Shown here in pieces: positions 37,597 to 49,080 of a DNA stretch of 64,000 nucleotides. Source of the DNA: Gammaproteobacteria bacterium (GTDB lineage Bacteria; Pseudomonadota; Gammaproteobacteria; Steroidobacterales; JACDCP01). A program made the translations under genes and the position numbers. The stretch spans positions 19,980-83,979 of the forward strand of contig DATLFD010000050.1 in NCBI GenBank assembly GCA_035524935.1. The letters run 5' to 3'. Position 1 is the stretch's first letter. Every line of letters begins with the position of its first letter. The notes beneath the pieces were generated by a model, which saw nothing but the letters and a program-made list of their open reading frames with translations, was not told where the DNA came from and made no database searches.

Positions 37597-39852
37597 TCAG
37601 GCCGTGCGCGCGCGCCGCCCGCGTTTTTTTGTCCGCGCTTTGCCGCGCGGCTCGTCCGCCGGCTCGAAGTCGATCTTGCGCTCGGCCATGTCGACGCGCA
37701 GCACGCGCACGCGGACGCTGTCCGTGAGCCGGTACTCGCGGCCGCTGCGCTCACCCGTGAGCCGGTGACTCACCGGGTCGTGCCGGTAGTAGTCCGCACC
37801 GAGCGAGGTCACGTGTATGAGGCCCTCCACCTGCATGCCCTTGAGCGAGACGAACAGCCCGAAGTCCGTGACCCCGGTGATGATGCCGTCGAACACGTCG
37901 CCGACCTTGTCGAGCATGAACTCGCACTTGAGCCAGTCGACCGCTTCGCGCGTGGCCTCGTCCGCGCGCCGCTCCTTCGAGGAGCATTCCTGGCCGAGGC
38001 GTTCCATCTCGCGAAAACCGTCGGCGAAGCTGCGCGCGTTGCCGCCCTCGAGCACGTGACGGATGCCGCGGTGCACGAGCAGGTCCGGATAGCGGCGGAT
38101 CGGCGACGTGAAGTGCGCGTATTCGGGCAGCGCGAGACCGAAGTGACCGATGTTCTTCGGTTGATAGACGGCCTGCGCCATCGTGCGCAGCACCACGGTC
38201 TCGATGAGGGCCTCGTCCGGGCGTCCGGCCGCCTGCCGGAGCACGGCGCTGAAATCGGCGGGCTCCAGCGGGTCCCGGCGCGGCAGCTTGAGGCCGAGCG
38301 TGCCCAGGAACAGGCGCAGGGTATCGACCCGATCCGGGTCCGGTTGATCATGCACCCGATACAGGTTCGGGATGCGGTGCTTGTGCAGGAACTTCGCCGC
38401 CTGCACGTTCGCCGCGATCATGCATTCCTCGATGATCCGGTGGGCATCGTTGCGGCGGTATTCATGTATCGCCTGCACGCGGCCGTTGTCGTCGAATTCC
38501 ATGCGCACGTCGGGCATGTCGAAGTCGATCGCCCCGCGCCGCGCGCGAATTCTGGCCAACGCGCCATACAGTTCATGCAGATTATGAATATGCTGTAGTA
38601 AGTGTTGGTATTCCTTCAACAATTGTTTGTCGATTCCTGCCAATATCGCCGCCACTTCGCTGTAAGTCAGCCGCGCCGCCGAGCGCATCAGCGCGGCGTA
38701 GAAACGGCTGCCGGTCACCTTGCCCTGCGCGCTGACCCGCATCTCGCAGACCATGCACAGGCGGTCGACCTTCGGCTTGAGCGAGCACAGACCGTTGGAC
38801 AGCGCCTCCGGCAGCATCGGGATGACGCGCGTCGGAAAATACACCGACGTGCCGCGATTGCGCGCCTCGGCGTCGAGCGGCGCGCTGCGCGCGACATAGT
38901 GCGAAACGTCCGCGATCGCGACCAGCAACCGCCAGCCGGCGCCGTCGGGCTCGCAGTACACGGCATCGTCGAAGTCGCGCGCGTCCGCGCCGTCGATGGT
39001 GATGAGCGGCACCTCTCGCAGGTCAACGCGGCCGCGCTTGTCGGCGGCCGCGACGCTCGACGGCACGGACTCCACTTCATCGCGCACTGCCTTCGGCCAG
39101 CGATGCGGCAGGCCGTGCGCGTTGATCGCGATGTCGGTCTCGATGCCGGGCTGCGTGTCGTCGCCGAGCACCTCGGTGATCTCGCCGACCGGAAGGCTGT
39201 GCCGCGTCGGATGATCGAGAATGCCGGCGATGACGAACTGCCCCGGCTTCGCGTGCGCGGTCTTGCCCGGCGGGACGGCGATGTGATGCGTCAGGCGCGG
39301 ATTGTCCGGCTCGACGAAACCCAGGCCGCTTTCCGTGTAGTAACGGCCGACGATCTCGCTGTTGCGGCGCTCGAGCACGTCGACGAGCGAGCCCTCGGGG
39401 CGGCCGCGCCGGTCGTGGCCCTTGATGCGCACGGCCACGCGGTCGCCGTGCATGACCTCGCGCATGTACCGCGGCGCGAGATAAATGTCCGGCGGGCCGG
39501 TGTCGGGGATCACGAAACCGAAGCCGTCACGATGGCCGACGACCTCGCCGGTGACCAGCGGGATGCGCTCGAGGAGGCAGAACTCGCCGCGCCGGTTCTC
39601 GATGAGCTGGCCGTCGCGGATCATGGCTCGCAGCCGTTTCGCGAGCGCGGCGCGGTCGCGTTCCGAGTCGATCCCGAGCCCGCGGGCGAGGGGCTCGAAC
39701 GCGAGCGGCGTGCCCTGCTCGTTCAGGAAGTCGAGGATGAACTTGCGGCTCGGGATCGGATGCTCGTAGCGCTGCGCTTCGTGCACGGCCTCGGGATCGC
39801 CGCGTTTGCGGCTTCGCGGGGTCTTCAATCGATTTTCCGGATGGCGGCTCAA
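37597..39852 (-). CDS. rnr: Ribonuclease R
   Basis: GHRDGFGF, TIDGADARDFDDA, HFTSPIRRYPDL, S1 domain, basic tail; TTG start uncertain. Confidence 0.95.
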   Translation of the reverse strand: MSRHPENRLKTPRSRKRGDPEAVHEAQRYEHPIPSRKFILDFLNEQGTPLAFEPLARGLGIDSERDRAALAKRLRAMIRDGQLIENRRGEFCLLERIPLVTGEVVGHRDGFGFVIPDTGPPDIYLAPRYMREVMHGDRVAVRIKGHDRRGRPEGSLVDVLERRNSEIVGRYYTESGLGFVEPDNPRLTHHIAVPPGKTAHAKPGQFVIAGILDHPTRHSLPVGEITEVLGDDTQPGIETDIAINAHGLPHRWPKAVRDEVESVPSSVAAADKRGRVDLREVPLITIDGADARDFDDAVYCEPDGAGWRLLVAIADVSHYVARSAPLDAEARNRGTSVYFPTRVIPMLPEALSNGLCSLKPKVDRLCMVCEMRVSAQGKVTGSRFYAALMRSAARLTYSEVAAILAGIDKQLLKEYQHLLQHIHNLHELYGALARIRARRGAIDFDMPDVRMEFDDNGRVQAIHEYRRNDAHRIIEECMIAANVQAAKFLHKHRIPNLYRVHDQPDPDRVDTLRLFLGTLGLKLPRRDPLEPADFSAVLRQAAGRPDEALIETVVLRTMAQAVYQPKNIGHFGLALPEYAHFTSPIRRYPDLLVHRGIRHVLEGGNARSFADGFREMERLGQECSSKERRADEATREAVDWLKCEFMLDKVGDVFDGIITGVTDFGLFVSLKGMQVEGLIHVTSLGADYYRHDPVSHRLTGERSGREYRLTDSVRVRVLRVDMAERKIDFEPADEPRGKARTKKRGRRARTA

Positions 39853-39871
39853 AGCCGGCAGTTTAGGCGAA

Positions 39872-39900
39872 TTGACAAGCCGGCGCCCCCTTCGTAAGGT
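39872..39900 (+). promoter_or_regulatory. Sigma70 promoter of tRNA-Leu
   Basis: TTGACA-N17-TAAGGT followed by a GC-rich stretch. Confidence 0.7.
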
Positions 39901-39952
39901 ACGCGGCTCCGTGCACCCTGCCGCGCCCGCGGTCGTCTGCGCGGCGGACGCT

Positions 39953-40038
<86 letters not shown>

Positions 40039-40299
40039 CTCCCTGCCGGCGGCGATCCGTTCCCTGTCTGATGGACGCACCCCGGGGTTCGCGGCACCGC
40101 CGGCTGCATGCCGCAGCCGTCGCGATCGTCTGCGCCATCGCGTGGGCGGCCGGCTTCTACCCCTACAACTGGTCGTTGCCGTCGGCGGCGCGCTTGCCGT
40201 GTCGCTGCGTGCGGGGCGGCGCTCGGCGGAGATCGACGGGATTTCTGACTGACTCGTCGCACCGTCCCGGCTTTCGCCGGGGTAACAGGACTCTCTTTC

Positions 40300-41136
40300 C
40301 TAGCCCGCCTCGTCCTCCGGCGGGGCGCTCACGGCTGCGCGGATCTCGCGCAGCTTTTCCTTGACGACTTCGGCATTGTCCGGACCGATGCGGATCAGCA
40401 CCTTCTGCCCGGCCGACAGCGCCTCGAGGTCCGGGTCGGCATATTCGTAGAGCACGTGCGGCCGCGTGAGCGCGATCGGCGGCTCGACGGCCGGGGCGTC
40501 CAGCAGATGGTCGATGACCTCGACCAGCCGGTCATTGAAGTACGCGGACGGATAACCGAGGTCGGCATAGGCTTTCTGGAACAGCGGGTAGTAACGCCGG
40601 TACGTGCCGACCAGCGCGTCGATGTCGATCGATTCGGCGAGTTGCACCAGCGGCTCGTAGCGTTCGAAGTGTTCCTCGCGGAGCTCGAATTCCTCCTCTC
40701 CGCCCGATGGCCGGAACAGGCCCGGTACCGGCGTGATGGCGCGCAGCCGGAGCGCGACCTGCTCGCGCGGCAGATTGTCGATAGTCACGACGAGGCGCGG
40801 AATGACGTTCTCGGGGGTGAGGTGGCGGCGCAGCGCTTCGGCCTCGACAAGCTCGGCGAGCGCGCCCGTGAAGCTCGCGTCGCTGGTCTCGAGCGGCGGC
40901 AGCGGCGGCGGCTCGTCGGCCGGCTCGGGGCCGGGTTCGGCCTCGGGCAGCGGATGCTCGGGCCCGGGATCTTCCGCGGGAACGGGCTCGACCTCGGCTG
41001 GCTGCTGCTCCGGCGCGGGGGCCGGCTCGTCGTCGCCGCGAAAGTACACCACGGCGAGCAGCACCAGTAAAACAGCCACCGCGACGCCGCCGGCCAGCCA
41101 CCAGCCCCATTCCTCGAAGAAATCGCTCATGCTCAT
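40300..41136 (-). CDS. DUF3014-like membrane-anchored protein
   Basis: N-terminal TM, Pro/Glu linker, YPLFQKAYADLGYP..YFNDRL, LSAGQKVLIRIGP. Confidence 0.82.
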   Translation of the reverse strand: MSMSDFFEEWGWWLAGGVAVAVLLVLLAVVYFRGDDEPAPAPEQQPAEVEPVPAEDPGPEHPLPEAEPGPEPADEPPPLPPLETSDASFTGALAELVEAEALRRHLTPENVIPRLVVTIDNLPREQVALRLRAITPVPGLFRPSGGEEEFELREEHFERYEPLVQLAESIDIDALVGTYRRYYPLFQKAYADLGYPSAYFNDRLVEVIDHLLDAPAVEPPIALTRPHVLYEYADPDLEALSAGQKVLIRIGPDNAEVVKEKLREIRAAVSAPPEDEAG

Positions 41137-41245
41137 CGGCCGCAAGGGTACCACCGGCTGCAGCCGACGGGGAGCCGGCGGCCTCTGTGCTGCGCGTATT
41201 GCGCGCCGATGGTATCGTGCCTGCCGCCATCGGGGGACCGATTCC

Positions 41246-41797
41246 ATGCCGCGAGTTCTGCACACACCGCGCCTCAAGCTCGTTCCGCTGACACCCGCGC
41301 TCGGCGCCGCCGATCTCGCCGGTCGCGAAACCCTCGAGCAGCGGCTGCGCGCCGAGGTGCCGGCGAGCTGGCCGCCCGAGTTCTTCGAAAGCGACAAGCT
41401 CGAATGGACCATCGATCATCTCGAGCAGCGCCCCGACGAGATCGGCTGGTGGATGTACTACCTCGTGCTGCGCTCGCAGGGCGCGACCCTCGTCGGCGTG
41501 GCCGGCTACAAGGGTCCGCCCGACGACTCCGGGCACATCGAGATCGGCTACTCGATTCTCGGCGATTACCGCCGCCGCGGCATCGCGACCGAGGCCGCGC
41601 TCGCCCTGTCCGATCATGCGTTCGCGCGCGCCGACGTGAACTGCGTCATCGCGCACACGTTTCCAGCATTCAACGCCTCGCGTAACGTGCTCGAAAAAAG
41701 CGGCTTCCGCTGCGCGGGCCCGGCCAGCGAGCCGGAAGTGATCCGCTACGAGCTCGCGCGCGCGGACTGGCAGCGAGCGAGGTGCGGTGTGCGCTGA
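41246..41797 (+). CDS. GNAT (RimJ/RimL-like) N-acetyltransferase
   Basis: TPRLKL, EIGYSI, YRRRGIATEA, NASRNVLEKSGF. Confidence 0.88.
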   Translation: MPRVLHTPRLKLVPLTPALGAADLAGRETLEQRLRAEVPASWPPEFFESDKLEWTIDHLEQRPDEIGWWMYYLVLRSQGATLVGVAGYKGPPDDSGHIEIGYSILGDYRRRGIATEAALALSDHAFARADVNCVIAHTFPAFNASRNVLEKSGFRCAGPASEPEVIRYELARADWQRARCGVR

Positions 41798-42612
41798 TGT
41801 GTCGCCTGTACGCGCTGCATGCGACGCACCCGACGCGCGTCGGCCGCGAGCTCATCGAATCGCAGAATTCGCTGATGGCGCAAAGCCGGCGCGACGAAAC
41901 CGGCGGCGCCAATCCCGACGGCTGGGGAGTCGGCTACTGGCTCGACGGCCGCAGCTGGTGCCTGCGCCAGGCGCACCCCGCGTCGGAGAGCCCGCGTTTC
42001 CGAAAAAAGGCCGGCATGATCAAGGGCCAGACGGTGCTCGGGCACGTGCGCCGCGCGACGGCGGGCGAACCGGCGCTTCGCAACACCCACCCGTTCCGGC
42101 ACGGCGACGCGATGCTCGTGCACAACGGTCATCTGGGGGCGTTTGCCGCGATACGTCCCCGCATGCTCGCGGCCATGAGCGACGCGCAACGCACCGCGCT
42201 GCGCGGAGATACCGACAGTGAGCACTTTTTCCGCCTGCTCATGTCGCTGCACGCGCGCACCGCGGAGCCCGTCGCAGCGCTGCGCCAGGCAGTCGCGCAG
42301 GTCGTCGCCTGGAGCCGCGCGGCCGATGCGCAGGCCGAGACCGGCCTCAACGTCTTCTGGTCGCTGGGCGCACAGCTTGCCGGGACCCGGCTCGAGCGCT
42401 CGCTGTGGTACGTCGAGCGGGACGCGCCGCATTTCTGCGAAGTCACCGGCGTCCCCGACGCCCTGGTGCCGCGCGGAGAACGCTACCGCGCCGTGGTGGT
42501 CGCATCCGAGCGCCTTTCCGACGAGAACTGGCGCCCGGTACCGGACGCCTCGGTGTTCCACGTCGGCGACGACTACCGCATGCGCATCGAGCCGCTCGGC
42601 ATGGGCGATTGA
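41797..42612 (+). CDS. Class II glutamine amidotransferase (YafJ/EgtC-like Ntn hydrolase)
   Basis: N-terminal MCRL, NPDGWG, HVRRAT, NTHPF, HNG, GDTDSE. Confidence 0.88.
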   Translation: MCRLYALHATHPTRVGRELIESQNSLMAQSRRDETGGANPDGWGVGYWLDGRSWCLRQAHPASESPRFRKKAGMIKGQTVLGHVRRATAGEPALRNTHPFRHGDAMLVHNGHLGAFAAIRPRMLAAMSDAQRTALRGDTDSEHFFRLLMSLHARTAEPVAALRQAVAQVVAWSRAADAQAETGLNVFWSLGAQLAGTRLERSLWYVERDAPHFCEVTGVPDALVPRGERYRAVVVASERLSDENWRPVPDASVFHVGDDYRMRIEPLGMGD

Positions 42613-42624
42613 GGGCGGAGCGGG

Positions 42625-42912
42625 TCAGCCCGCCCGGTCGATGCCCTGCCGCGCGACCGCCTGCTGCGCGGCCAGGCGCGCGGTGACGGCATCGGCGGCG
42701 AGCGGCGGCGCCAGATGGTTGCCCTGCGCCAGGTCGCAGCCGGCCTGGCGAAGGAATCGCTTCTGCCACTCGGACTCGACGCCGTCGGCCGCGATGCGGA
42801 TGCCCAGCCGGTGGCCGAGCGCAATGATCGCCTCCCCTCCTGCCGTACACGGCCTGCAGCCGCCGCCGGCAACGACCTGAAGCAGCGCCGGAGAAAACCG
42901 ACGCCAGTTCAT
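42625..42912 (-). pseudogene. C-terminal fragment of an EAL (c-di-GMP phosphodiesterase) domain
   Basis: EAIIALGHRLGIRIAADGVESEWQKRFLRQAGCDLAQGNHLAPP matches the EAL C-terminus; EAL and DDFG motifs absent. Confidence 0.7.
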
Positions 42913-42993
42913 GAAAACACTGGAAAAAAAAAGTAACAGACCGGCAGGGAGGCTGCCAATAGGGAGAATACCCCAGGCGGCCGGGGGGGGGGC

Positions 42994-45267
42994 TTACTTG
43001 ACGGGCTGGGGCTCGCGGTCTGCCTGGATGTCGAACTCGAGCTCGTCCCCGGCCGACACGCTGACCGTGACGTGCCCGCCGCCGGACAGCTTGCCGAACA
43101 GAAGCTCCTCCGCCAGCGGCCGCTTGATGTGCTCGCGGATGATCCGCGCCATCGGCCGGGCGCCCATCTGCGGGTCGTAGCCGTTGCGCGCGATCCAGGC
43201 ACGCGCGCGCGCCTCGAGCTCCAGCGTCACGTGATTGCCCTCCAGCTGCGACTCGAGCTCGACGATCATCTTGTCGACGACCCGCTCGATGGTTGCCGCG
43301 TCCAGCGAGGCGAATTGTATGATGGCGTCGAGCCGGTTGCGGAACTCGGGGCTGAAGGTCTTCTTGACGATCTCGAGGCCTTCGGAGCTGTGATCCTGCG
43401 CGGTGAAACCGATCGAGGCGCGGCTCATCTCCTGCGCGCCGGCGTTGGTGGTCATGACGATGATCACGTTGCGAAAGTCGGCCTTGCGCCCGTTGTTGTC
43501 GGTCAGCGTGCCGTGGTCCATGACCTGCAGCAGCAGGTTGAACACTTCGGGATGCGCCTTCTCGATCTCGTCGAGCAGCAGCACGCAATGCGGGTTCTTG
43601 GTGATCGCCTCGGTCAGCAGCCCGCCCTGGTCATAGCCGACGTAGCCGGGCGGCGCGCCGATCAGGCGCGACACCGTGTGGCGCTCCATGTATTCGGACA
43701 TGTCGAAGCGCACGAGCTCGATGCCGAGAATCATCGCGAGCTGCCTTGTGACTTCGGTCTTGCCGACGCCCGTCGGCCCCGCGAACAGGAACGAGCCGAC
43801 CGGCTTCTCTTCCTCGCCGAGACCGGAGCGCGACATCTTGATGGCTGCGGCGAGGCCGGCGATGGCGCGGTCCTGGCCGAAGATGACGAGCTTCAGGTCG
43901 CGTTCGAGATTTCTCAGCACGTCGCGGTCCGAGGCCGAAACGCTCTTCGGCGGGATACGCGCGATGCGCGCCACCATGGACTCGATGTGCGCGACCGTCA
44001 CCGCCTCGGCGCGCTCCGCGAGCGGCTGCAGCCTGAGGGACGCGCCGGCCTCGTCAATGACATCGATGGCCTTGTCCGGCAGCAGCCGGTCGTTGATGTG
44101 CTTCGCCGACAGCTCCGCGGCGGCGCGCAGCGCCTCGGGCTGATAGCGCACGCCGTGGTGCTCCTCGAAGCGCGACTGCAGACCCTTGAGGATCTCGACC
44201 GTTTCGTCCACGGTCGGCTCGAGAATCTCGATCTTCTGGAAGCGGCGCGCCAGCGCGTGATCCTTCTCGAAGATGCCGCGATACTCGGTGTAGGTCGTCG
44301 AGCCGATGCAGCGCAGCTCGCCGTTCGCAAGCACCGGCTTGATGAGGTTCGAAGCGTCCATGACGCCCCCGGACGCGGCGCCTGCGCCGATGATCGTGTG
44401 TATCTCGTCGATGAACAGGATGGCGCCGGGATTCTTCTTGAGCTCGGCAATCACCGACTTGAGCCGTTTCTCGAAATCGCCGCGATACTTCGTGCCGGCG
44501 ATCAGCGTGCCCATGTCGAGGGTGTAAACCGTGCAGTCGCTCAAGACCTCGGGGACCTTCTCCTCGACGATCAGGCGCGCGAGACCTTCGGCAAGGGCCG
44601 TCTTGCCCACGCCGGCGTCACCCACGTACAGCGGATTGTTCTTGCGCCGCCGGCAGAGGATCTGGATGGTGCGCTGAATTTCCAGCTCGCGCCCGATCAA
44701 CGGGTCGATGCGCCCTTCCGCGGCCAGTTTATTCAGATTCGTGGCGTACTTCTCGAGCGGGCTCGCGTTGGCGTCGCCGCCTTTCAGCGATTCCATGGAC
44801 TCGTCGCCGCTCGAAGTATCGACGCTGTCGTCGGCGATCTTCGAGAGGCCGTGCGAGATGAAGTTGACGACGTCGAGGCGCGCCACGTCCTGGGCGTTCA
44901 GCAGATAGGTCGCGTGGGACTGCTTCTCGCCGAAGATCGCCACCAGCACGTTGGTCGCGGAGACCTCTTTCTTGCCGCTCGACTGGACGTGGAACACGGC
45001 TCTCTGCAGCACGCGCTGGAAGCCCAGCGTCGGCTGCACCTCCTGGTCGTCGTCGTGCCTGAGGCGAGGTGTCGTCTCGTCGATGAATTCGATGAGCTCG
45101 CGCCGCAGCCGCTCGATGTCGGCGCCGCAGGCTCGCAGCACCTCGATGACGCGAGGCACGTCGACGAGGGCGAGGAGGAGATGCTCCACGGTCATGAACT
45201 CATGACGTTTTTCGCGCGCCGCCTGGAAGGCTTCGTTCAGGCAGAATTCGAGTTCGCTGCTCAGCAT
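42994..45267 (-). CDS. clpA: ATP-dependent Clp protease ATP-binding subunit ClpA
   Basis: [13 protein letters not shown], two Walker A ([16 protein letters not shown]), IGF loop. Confidence 0.97.
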   Translation of the reverse strand: MLSSELEFCLNEAFQAAREKRHEFMTVEHLLLALVDVPRVIEVLRACGADIERLRRELIEFIDETTPRLRHDDDQEVQPTLGFQRVLQRAVFHVQSSGKKEVSATNVLVAIFGEKQSHATYLLNAQDVARLDVVNFISHGLSKIADDSVDTSSGDESMESLKGGDANASPLEKYATNLNKLAAEGRIDPLIGRELEIQRTIQILCRRRKNNPLYVGDAGVGKTALAEGLARLIVEEKVPEVLSDCTVYTLDMGTLIAGTKYRGDFEKRLKSVIAELKKNPGAILFIDEIHTIIGAGAASGGVMDASNLIKPVLANGELRCIGSTTYTEYRGIFEKDHALARRFQKIEILEPTVDETVEILKGLQSRFEEHHGVRYQPEALRAAAELSAKHINDRLLPDKAIDVIDEAGASLRLQPLAERAEAVTVAHIESMVARIARIPPKSVSASDRDVLRNLERDLKLVIFGQDRAIAGLAAAIKMSRSGLGEEEKPVGSFLFAGPTGVGKTEVTRQLAMILGIELVRFDMSEYMERHTVSRLIGAPPGYVGYDQGGLLTEAITKNPHCVLLLDEIEKAHPEVFNLLLQVMDHGTLTDNNGRKADFRNVIIVMTTNAGAQEMSRASIGFTAQDHSSEGLEIVKKTFSPEFRNRLDAIIQFASLDAATIERVVDKMIVELESQLEGNHVTLELEARARAWIARNGYDPQMGARPMARIIREHIKRPLAEELLFGKLSGGGHVTVSVSAGDELEFDIQADREPQPVK

Positions 45268-45269
45268 AA

Positions 45270-45587
45270 TCAGATCTCTTCCATGGTGCACAGGAGCGGG
45301 TGCTGGTGTTTTTGTGCGTACCCGTTGACCTGGGCCACCTTGGTCTCGGCAATCTCGTAGGTGTAGACGCCGCACACGCCTTTCCCTCGCGTGTGCACTT
45401 CCAGCATCACCTGGGTGGCTTTGGTTCGTTCCATCGAGAATATTCTTTCAAGGATTTCTACCACAAACTCCATGGGCGTGTAGTCGTCATTTAACAGAAC
45501 CACCTTGAAAAGAGGCGGCTTCTTGAGTCGCGGCCGGGCCTCCTGGACCGCCAGACTCTGATCGCTATGGTGAGACTCTTCTGCCAT
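45270..45587 (-). CDS. clpS: Clp protease adaptor ClpS
   Basis: [21 protein letters not shown]. Confidence 0.96.
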   Translation of the reverse strand: MAEESHHSDQSLAVQEARPRLKKPPLFKVVLLNDDYTPMEFVVEILERIFSMERTKATQVMLEVHTRGKGVCGVYTYEIAETKVAQVNGYAQKHQHPLLCTMEEI

Positions 45588-46004
45588 GTCGAAAAGAGCG
45601 GGCCTTGCCGGATTGGAGCGCGGCGCGCGCCGCAAGTTTCGTGCGCATATTTTCCGGTCTCGTCAGTCAAATGTCACGCGGCGCAGGCGCGGGCGCAAAC
45701 GGCCACGCAGGGTGCGCAAGGGCCGGGCCGGCGGCGGCACTCGCGAAATGACGCGTTGCGGAATAGAATGTCACGCGGTTAACACCTTCGACACTGCGAC
45801 GGCGTTAACAGAAGACGGGAGCCAGGGCGCCTGGTATTTCGTGATCTGCGGCACGGCGGGCCTCGCGCCGTGCGCGGCCCGTTTCCCTGATCCGCCGCGG
45901 AGGGGGTGCATTCACTTGAGCAGCCGGCGCACGAGCCCGTATGATGCCAGTCTCGCGTCGGCAGGCCGGCGGCTACCCGGGCTGGCGAGCGGGGAACCCA
46001 CGAC

Positions 46005-46925
46005 ATGAATCTGGCGAGCACACTGAACCAGTTCCGCGGCGCGGACTTCGAAGCCGTCCTCGGCCGCGCATCGCAGTCCCTGCCCAGATGGATTGCGTTC
46101 CTGCTGGTCATCTTCATCGCCTGGCAGCTCGCCCGTCTGATCTGGCTGCTCGTGCCCGCCCCTGCCGAAGAGGCGCCGCCGGCCGGCGCACGCTCCGGCC
46201 AGCCCGCGCCGCGCAGCGCGATCGTCGACGTCACCGGCATAGTCGAGGCGCATTTCTTCGGCAAGGCCGACCCTCAGGAAAACGTCATCACCACCCCCGT
46301 CGAGGATCTGCCCGAATCGAACGCAGCGCTCAGCCTGCGCGGCACCATAGCCGCGGACGAGCCCGGCCAGGCTGTCGCTATCATCGCCGACTCGAGCGGC
46401 CAGGAAAAAGTGTACAAGGTCGACGATGCGCTGCCCGGCGGCTTCAGCCTGCACGCGGTGCAGCGCGACCGGGTGATCCTCAATCGCGGCGGCCGGCTCG
46501 AGGCGCTGCTGCTTCCGCGCTTGGCCGAGGTCACGGCGGCGCCCGGGCGAGCGTACACTCCGCCCGTGGCGGCGCCGGCGCCGCAGCCGAGCGTGCGCGA
46601 GCTGGTCACCGAGAACGCCGCTTCGCTGACCGAGATCATCCGACCGCAACCGGTTTTCGCCGATGGCAAGCAGCGCGGCTACCGCATCTATCCGGGGCGC
46701 AAGCGCCAGCAGTTCGCAGAGCTCGGCCTCAAGCCCGGCGACCTGGTCACCGCCATCAACGGCACGGCGCTCGACGATCCCGCGAGCGGCATGGAAGTGT
46801 TTCGCTCGCTCGGCGACTCAGACCAGGTATCGGTGACCGTGGAGCGCAACGGTCAGCCGGAGACCTTGACCCTCGACACCTCGCAGCTCGGCGCCGCGGG
46901 CAACGACGCGGGCATCGAGCAGTGA
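46005..46925 (+). CDS. gspC: Type II secretion protein C (with PDZ-like domain)
   Basis: TM, LSLRGT..AII, RVILNRGGRLEAL, GLKPGDLVTAING. Confidence 0.9.
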   Translation: MNLASTLNQFRGADFEAVLGRASQSLPRWIAFLLVIFIAWQLARLIWLLVPAPAEEAPPAGARSGQPAPRSAIVDVTGIVEAHFFGKADPQENVITTPVEDLPESNAALSLRGTIAADEPGQAVAIIADSSGQEKVYKVDDALPGGFSLHAVQRDRVILNRGGRLEALLLPRLAEVTAAPGRAYTPPVAAPAPQPSVRELVTENAASLTEIIRPQPVFADGKQRGYRIYPGRKRQQFAELGLKPGDLVTAINGTALDDPASGMEVFRSLGDSDQVSVTVERNGQPETLTLDTSQLGAAGNDAGIEQ

Positions 46926-46971
46926 CCCTGCCGCCGCCTTCGGCCGCTGTCCTACGCAACGGAAACCCCGC

Positions 46972-49080
46972 ATGAACCTGTCACACACGCCGCGCCTCGC
47001 CGCGGTGATCCTCGCCGCCGCCCTCTGCACCGGCGTCGGCGGACCCGCGGCGGCGCAGGAACCGGAGGTGACACCCAACTACAAGGGCGCGGACCTGCGC
47101 CAGATCGTCGAGGCCGTGAGCGAGGTCACCGGCAAGACCTTCATCATTGATCCCCGGGTCAAGGCCGAGGTGACCATGCTGTCGCCGGTGCCGATGAGCC
47201 CGGACGCGTTCTACGAGGCTTTCCTGTCTTTGCTGCAGGTATACGGATTCGTCGCCGTGCCCTCGGGCAACGTCATCAAGATCATGCCCGACGCCAACGC
47301 GCGCCAGTTCCCGGCCGACGACCTGCCGACGCATGTCAGCGAGGGCTCCGACGCGATCGTCACGCAGGTGATCCCGGTGCGCAACGTGGCGGCGGCGCAG
47401 CTCGTGCCCATCCTGCGGCCGCTGGTGCCGCAATACGGTCACCTCGCCGCGCACCCGCCGTCGAACATGCTGATCATCTCGGATCGCGCGGGCAACGTGA
47501 ACCGCCTCGCGCGAATCATCGAGCGCATCGATCGCGGCGGTGACGACGAAGTGGACATCGTGCAGCTGCAGCACGCCTCGGCCGGCGACCTGGTGCGGAC
47601 CATGACCGCGCTGCTGCAGGCCAGCCGCGGCGAGGGCGCGGGCGCGATCAACCTCGTTGCGGACGAGCGCACCAACAGCGTTCTCATCAGCGGCGACAAG
47701 AACGAGCGCCTCAAGCTGCGCTCGCTCGTGCTGCACCTCGACACGCCGCTCGAGGACGGCGGCAATACCCAGGTGCGCTATCTGAACTACGCCGACGCCA
47801 CCGAGCTCGCCGGCAAGCTCGTCGAGCAGGCCGCGCAGCAGGAAACGGAAGCCGGCGGCGAGGGCGCCGCGCCGCGGCCCGGGCTGCCCGGGGTGCACAT
47901 CTGGGCGGACGAGCCGACCAACGCGCTGATCATCACGGCCGGACCGAAGCCCATGCGCTCGATCATGCAGGTCATCGACAAGCTCGACATCCGCCGCGCC
48001 CAGGTGGCGGTCGAAGCCATCATCGTCGAGGTCAGCTCGGACCGCGCCGCAGATCTTGGCGTGACCTTCGCCGTCGACGGCAGCGACAACAACAACATCG
48101 TCGGCGTGACCAATTTCCCGTCGGCCGGGCCCGGCGTTGCGCAGATCATCGGCGCGCTGCTCGCCGACTCGTCGAACGTCGACCCGACCTCGGCGATCGG
48201 CGAAGGGGTCAGCATCGGGGCCGGCCGCTTCGATGACGGCCGCACTCAGTTCGCGATACTGCTGCGCGCGCTCGCCAGCGACGGCGACACCAACATCCTG
48301 TCGACGCCGACCATCGTCACCATGGACAACGAGGAGGCGGAGATCAAGGTCGCGCAGGAAGTGCCGTTCCTCACGGGTCAATTCACGGGCCCGGGCCAGA
48401 CGATCGGCACCGTGAACCCGTTTCAGACCATCCAGCGCCAGGAGGTGGGCACCATCCTCAAGATCACCCCCCAGATCAACGAGAGCAACGCCATCCGCCT
48501 CAAGATCGAGCAGGAGTCCTCGAGCCTCGCGGCAGGCGCGGCCGGCGCCGTCGACCTGATCACCAACAAGCGCACGATCTCGACCAGCGTGATCGTCGAG
48601 GATGGCGGCATCATCGTACTCGGCGGGCTGATCTCGGACGAGCTGCGCGAGAACGACGCGCGCGTGCCCGGGCTCGGCAGGATCCCGATCGTCGGCAACC
48701 TGTTCCGCTCGCGCAGCACCAGCAAGATGAAGACCAACCTCATGGTGTTCATCCGGCCGAAGATCCTGCGCGACGGCACGCAGAGCGCGCTGGAGACGAA
48801 TGCCAAGTACAACTACATCCGCGAGCAGCAGGGCCTGCGCCGCGAGGACGACGTGCAGCTGATGCCCAAAGCGAAGCGGCCGTTACTGCCGCCGATCGAG
48901 GAAGTGTCGCAGAGCCCCGAGCAGGGCCTCGAAGCCGACGACACCGGCATCACCGAGATTCCCAAATTCCAGGACACCGTGCCCGACGGTGAAACCGACG
49001 GAGACGACGAGACCGATGACGCTGCACGATCCGGATACGACGGTCAGGATGACGCCGGCCCAGACGCCCGCGACGAGTGA
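46972..49080 (+). CDS. gspD: Type II secretion secretin
   Basis: [40 protein letters not shown]. Confidence 0.95.
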   Translation: MNLSHTPRLAAVILAAALCTGVGGPAAAQEPEVTPNYKGADLRQIVEAVSEVTGKTFIIDPRVKAEVTMLSPVPMSPDAFYEAFLSLLQVYGFVAVPSGNVIKIMPDANARQFPADDLPTHVSEGSDAIVTQVIPVRNVAAAQLVPILRPLVPQYGHLAAHPPSNMLIISDRAGNVNRLARIIERIDRGGDDEVDIVQLQHASAGDLVRTMTALLQASRGEGAGAINLVADERTNSVLISGDKNERLKLRSLVLHLDTPLEDGGNTQVRYLNYADATELAGKLVEQAAQQETEAGGEGAAPRPGLPGVHIWADEPTNALIITAGPKPMRSIMQVIDKLDIRRAQVAVEAIIVEVSSDRAADLGVTFAVDGSDNNNIVGVTNFPSAGPGVAQIIGALLADSSNVDPTSAIGEGVSIGAGRFDDGRTQFAILLRALASDGDTNILSTPTIVTMDNEEAEIKVAQEVPFLTGQFTGPGQTIGTVNPFQTIQRQEVGTILKITPQINESNAIRLKIEQESSSLAAGAAGAVDLITNKRTISTSVIVEDGGIIVLGGLISDELRENDARVPGLGRIPIVGNLFRSRSTSKMKTNLMVFIRPKILRDGTQSALETNAKYNYIREQQGLRREDDVQLMPKAKRPLLPPIEEVSQSPEQGLEADDTGITEIPKFQDTVPDGETDGDDETDDAARSGYDGQDDAGPDARDE

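Noticed and set aside
45420..45520. AT-richer stretch in clpS as a sigma32 promoter for clpA
   Set aside because: CTTGAA is present on the minus strand but no matching CCCCAT -10 at the right spacing
45588..46004. ORFs or an ncRNA in the clpS-gspC intergenic region
   Set aside because: ORFs look non-coding; no RNA motif recognised; consistent with divergent promoters
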